DNA of 64,000 nucleotides from positions 40,796,001 through 40,860,000 of the forward strand of contig NC_083234.1 of the NCBI RefSeq assembly GCF_032191835.1, in the 5' to 3' direction. Under the pieces are notes generated by a model. It ran no database searches, was not told the DNA's origin, and saw only the letters and a program-made list of their open reading frames with translations. This stretch comes from Heteronotia binoei. Its lineage: Eukaryota. Within the stretch, counting starts at the first letter, position 1. Every line of letters starts with the position of its first letter. Shown here piece by piece: positions 59,565 to 64,000 of the stretch. A program made the position numbers and the translations under genes.

Positions 59565-60725
59565 AGTCTTCTTGGTTAACTCATCCACTCAGGGCCTCTT
59601 TCAATCTGGGTTCAGGCTGGGCTATGGGACAGAGACTGCCCTGGTGGCTTCAGCTGATTACCTCCATCTGAACATAGACAAAGGCCATGATTCTCTGTTC
59701 CTTTACCTGGACTCATCTGCCCTCTTTGATACAGTGGTCTGTGCCATCTTGCAGAGGTATTTGCAGGCAGAAGTAGGTCTCCAAGGATGTACCCTGGACT
59801 GGTTCAAATCACACCTCACAGACCAGATTCAAGCTGGTCATTAGAGGCCAGTTATCAGTGTGGCATTTGTCCTGTGGGGTTGCACAGGTGCTATCCTATC
59901 CTCATGCTATTCAACTTCTAAGTAAAGCCCTCAGGACAAATCATTTGCAGTTTGGGGGTTTGCTGCCATCAATATGCTGACAATAGCCAGATCCATATTT
60001 CCTTATCTGAATCTCCAAGTGATGTGGTAGAGGTCCTGAATCACTGCCTGTCTGCTGGGGCTAAATGGTTAAAAGTGAACAAACTGAAAACTTAATGCTA
60101 ACTAAACAGGGGTGGTGCTGCTGGTTGAGAAGGTGGAAATCCTGAAGGATCCTGTGGGTCCCAGCTTTTATGGAATTCAGCTGACCCTTGCTGACTCAGT
60201 TAAGAGCAGAGGAAATACTTGTTCTGATATCACTGCTGGAGAATCACGTTAATGCAGCTACAAAAAATATTTTCTTCCAACTAGCCCAGAAGATGATCCC
60301 CACTACCCTGACTCAGCCAAGCTGGCCACCTGGATCCATGCAATGGTAACACTGAGAACAGACTACTGTAATGCACTGTCTCCCCTTTAAGTCAGTTTGG
60401 AGAGACAAGTTAATGTAGACTGCTGCAATTCACAATCAGGAACAAGGCAGAGCATGCATATTACTCCCATTCTACAGGCACCCCATTGGTTGCCCATCAG
60501 TTACCAAGTTTCAATCCAAGGTATTGCTTTCACATACAAAGCCCTTCACAGCCTGCAGGACCGTCTCTCCCCAAATGTTCCACCATGACAGCTTCACACA
60601 TCTGAGCAGGGATTTCTGCAGGTTGCACCCTGCAAATAAAACAGCAATTGCCTCTACTCATGCTTTCTCTGTTATGGCTCTCATCTTATGGAATGGCCTG
60701 CTGGATGAAGTCAGAAAGACTATCA
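59565..60725 (+). mobile_element. L2 LINE RT-to-3' fragment (decayed)
   Basis: FQSGFRLGYGTETALV...LDSSALFDTV...LDWFKSHLTD, then GV.QGAILS, HQYADN, and HITPILQAPHWLPISYQ. Confidence 0.88.
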
Positions 60726-62049
60726 ATCCATTTACTTCAGTGCAAATAAAATGGTATGACTCAGCTTATAATTGCACTGTAAGCATCTAGAGTTTAAGGC
60801 TGTGATCAGACAGCAGGGTTGGCATGGTCTGGCTGTGCCTCTCATCTCTCCAGAATTATTTGCTCCAGAGAGGAAGTGACCAGACATACCTCCCTTCTTT
60901 TTAAAAAATACCTCTACTTTATGTATGTGCAGAAACAGTTATTTACCATGGGCAAATATGCAGTTATGCACATATCACTATTTTAAGAGGAAAACTGGCA
61001 GCCAGTAGAAGCCGCAGACCTCCAGAAATCTTTAGTATGCAACAGGGTGACTAGATGGCCAGAAATATGCAGTGGAACAATTAGAGCAATAAATACCAGA
61101 CTTTTTCAGGGGTCAAAGAAGTCCGGGGAAAAGACGGGGGGACTGAAGACTGGGGACTGGAACAGAGGACAGATATTACTCTCTGGAGGCATATATTAAA
61201 TCTGGTAGGGAGAAGGAAGAATATTGGACCAAACAGCCTGTCTGACTGCAGCCTAAGAGTAAGATGCTGGGGAGAAAACCTCTCTGTCTGAGCTCCAGTC
61301 AATCAGAAGACAACACTGAGGCAGATGGTCCAATGTCTGACTTGGTATAAGGCACCTTCAGGTGTTCATATTTCATATCCAATAATAATTTGATCTCCAT
61401 GTTTTTATACTTGACAGTTATTGTTTAGTAACATTTGATTATTATAAAAAGATAGACTGTAACATTTACAGTTCACTCTTCTAAGCCCATTGACTTCAAA
61501 AGAATTGCACTGCTAGTCAAGAATTACACTGCTAGTCAATTTTTTAGTTCAATACATTATAAAACATTTGGATTGATTAAAAAAGTGGATCCTGATTAAT
61601 TTGACAGAGAAGAGGGGTATTTTTACTATTTTTAAAAGTTGACAAGCTCCATCTTAGACAAGGCATTCCCTCCTATGTGAGAGAAAAGAAGGGAAAACTT
61701 CTTCTAAAATGCCATCTCCTCCAACATGTAGAAGCATCAGATTAAGCTCTGAGAGACCCAGGTTCAAATTCAACTCACTGGGTGACTTTGGGCCAGTGAT
61801 TCTCCCCCCTCTTAACCTACCTTCTAGGGTTGTTGTGAGGATAAAGGAAACAAGAATCATGCAAACTACCCTGAGCTCCTTGGGGGAAGGGAGGAATACA
61901 AATATAATGCATACTTGAATACAGAATCCAAAAATAACTATTTTTTCCTACTTGGGGAGTTTTGTTTTTAAATGAAAGTTCAAATCACCAGTTAGTTAAC
62001 CAAAACAGGGCAATCCTGTGCTCTTGCTGCACCAACTTTGTTAGCAGCC

Positions 62050-62406
62050 TAAGGTTGCCAAGTCTTTACCTGGGAGCCAGCAGGGGGGTGAGAGGGAGCT
62101 TTCCAGGAGTAGGGGGTGGGGTGATGTCACCACAGACAACATCCCCAGCATGATGACATCATGTGACATCATCACACTGGAGATGTCACATGGCATCCCT
62201 CTGGACTTTGGGCAAACTCTGTGGTAAAATTGGGCTCAAACCATAGGGTTTTGCCCCAAAACCAGAGCATTGCTGCATGACACTCTGGTGTGATGATGTC
62301 ATCATGACAGGGATGTCACATGCAGGTGGGATTGTTGGGGATAGGCTACCCAGCCAGCCTACAAATCAGAGAAATCTCTGCTCTCACCTGGAGACTGGCA
62401 GCCCTA
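62050..62406. mobile_element. hAT MITE, TAGGGTTGCCA family, internally quasi-palindromic
   Basis: taaggttgcca ... tggcagcccta, with tgatgtcac/gtgacatca repeats. Confidence 0.75.
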
Positions 62407-62447
62407 TAAGCAGACAGACTCCTCCTCCCACTGAGTGGCAGCTAAGT

Positions 62448-63569
62448 CTCTCTCTCGGCTTGGCTTCGCGAACGAAGATTTAAGAAGGGTGCAATAGTCC
62501 ACTTCTGCTGCAGGCTCGCTGGTGGCTGACAAGACCAATGCGGGACAGGCACGTCCGGCCACAGTGGCTGCAGGGAAAAGTTTGATTTAGGGTTGGTGCT
62601 GTAGCAGTGCGATTCTTCCTCAATCTCCTTTTGTCCTCAAGACCAACTATGAGTGCGTTCTCAAAAGAAGAGACAGCCTGGTGGATGGTGTGCCTCCATG
62701 CTTTGCGATCTGAGGCTAGGTCAGACCACTGGTGATGGTTGATGCGACAGGTGCCAAGGGATTTCTTCAAGGAGTCCTTGCACCTCTTCTTTGGTGCCCC
62801 TCTATTTCGATGGCCAGTGGAGAGTTCGCCATACAGGGCAATCTTGGGAAGGCGGTGGTTTTCCATCCTAGAAATATGTCCTGCCCAGCGCAGCTGCGTC
62901 TTCAACAGCAGTGCCTCGATGCTGGTAACCTCCGCCCGCTTGAGAACTTCAGTGTTGGTCACAAAGTCACTCCAGTGGATGTTGAGGATGGTGCGAAGGC
63001 AGCGCTGATGAAAGCGCTCGAGGAGTCGCAGGTGATGACGGTATAAAACCCACGATTCGGAGCCGTAGATGAGGGTTGTCATCACAACCGCTTTGTAAAC
63101 ATTGATCTTTGTGCCTTTTTTCAGATGCTTGTTGCTCCACACTCTTTTGTGCAGTCGGCCAAATGCACAGCTTGCCTTTGCCAGCCTGTTGTCAATCTCC
63201 TTGTCGATCTTAGCATCTGAGGAGATGATGCACCCCAGGTAGCTGAACTGCTGGACTGTCTTCAGAACTGATTCACCCACAGTGATGCAGGGAGGGTGAT
63301 AATCTTCCTGGGGTGCAGGCTGGTGGAGAACTTCTGTCTTCTTCAGACTAACTTCTAGGCCGAATAGCTTGGCAGCCTCTGCAAAGCAGGACGTCATATG
63401 CTGCAGAGCTGATACCGAGTGGGAGACGAGTGCAGCATCATCAGCAAACAGTAGCTCTCGGATGAGTTTTTCCATTGTCTTGGAGTGGACCTTTAGTCGC
63501 CTCAGGTTGAACAGGCTGCCATCGGTGCGATAGCGGATGTAGACACCATCGTCATCATCATCTTAGCTC
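62448..63569 (-). mobile_element. 5'-truncated RTE-clade LINE, young
   Basis: 11-bp TSD GGCAGCTAAGT at 62437-62447 and 63570-63580; short 3' UTR TAAATCTTCGTTCGCGAAGCCAAGCC plus (GA)n tail. Confidence 0.93.
62480..63562 (-). CDS. RTE ORF fragment: RT C-terminal half plus C-terminal zinc-finger-like motif (lacks its N-terminus)
   Basis: Open for about 360 codons: DDGVYIRYRTDGSLFNLRRL, LLFADD, FSYLG, YGSESW, QLRWAGH, CSHCGRTCLSRIGLVSHQRAC. Confidence 0.88.
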   Translation of the reverse strand, partial: DDDDDGVYIRYRTDGSLFNLRRLKVHSKTMEKLIRELLFADDAALVSHSVSALQHMTSCFAEAAKLFGLEVSLKKTEVLHQPAPQEDYHPPCITVGESVLKTVQQFSYLGCIISSDAKIDKEIDNRLAKASCAFGRLHKRVWSNKHLKKGTKINVYKAVVMTTLIYGSESWVLYRHHLRLLERFHQRCLRTILNIHWSDFVTNTEVLKRAEVTSIEALLLKTQLRWAGHISRMENHRLPKIALYGELSTGHRNRGAPKKRCKDSLKKSLGTCRINHHQWSDLASDRKAWRHTIHQAVSSFENALIVGLEDKRRLRKNRTATAPTLNQTFPCSHCGRTCLSRIGLVSHQRACSRSGLLHPS

Positions 63570-64000
63570 GGCAGCTAAGTACTTAGAGAGAAAAAGACAT
63601 GTATCCTTTATACAACTACCACCTCAAAAACCATTAATATGAGACACTGCCTGGTCCAAAAAGACATAAAATGGATGCCAGCCAAAAACAAGCTTGGGAA
63701 AATATTTTTGAAGATGAGTCAGAGGTGGCTGACCAACTAACATCCCTCTCCCCACCCTAAGGAGATAGGTCTGCTAAGAAACTATTATCTCATCTTGAAT
63801 TAATCTAGTCAAGACCCAGCCTCACTTCCCCCGACCCATCTACCTTAATTTAGTAATATTTAGCCCTGTGCACAGAACCTAGTAGCCTTTCCCATTCAGT
63901 AATTATTGGGTCATCAAGAAACATTAACACCTATAGTTCACTTCAGGTAAACTCATCAAGTTTACCTGAATCATTGCTCATCTCCCAAAAAACAATCAAG

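Noticed and set aside
63560-63580. Small hairpin cttagct...agctaag at the RTE 5' junction suggesting fold-back priming
   Set aside because: The bases could equally be RTE sequence plus microhomology; this cannot be decided without the consensus.

Overview
This is vertebrate genomic DNA, almost certainly squamate and probably gecko: it carries Squam3-like, Squam2-like, Sauria and 5S-derived SINEs plus CR1, L2, RTE and Penelope remnants and many hAT MITEs. Family names come from my recollection of squamate repeat consensus sequences, not from a database search. No host gene can be identified with confidence; only a few weak exon candidates are visible. Four structures stand out. (1) A 6.5-kb decayed hAT transposon at 32694-39182 with TIRs, a perfect 8-bp TSD, an internally deleted transposase pseudogene and a probable multi-intron transcript. 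(2) A composite at 22306-26461, bounded by hAT-type ends and inserted into an ERV-like LTR. It contains a 60-bp ETS-CRE tandem array, a ~430-bp-arm palindrome, a 67-bp concatemer of CR1 3' tails, a 558-N assembly gap and a self-palindromic 165-bp GC-rich satellite with a 330-bp higher-order repeat. (3) A second, uninterrupted solo LTR of the same family at 52856-54244. (4) A young 5'-truncated RTE LINE with an 11-bp TSD at 62448-63569. All TSDs, repeat periods and mismatch counts were read by eye. The long ORFs at 24-26 kb are repeat or gap artefacts.
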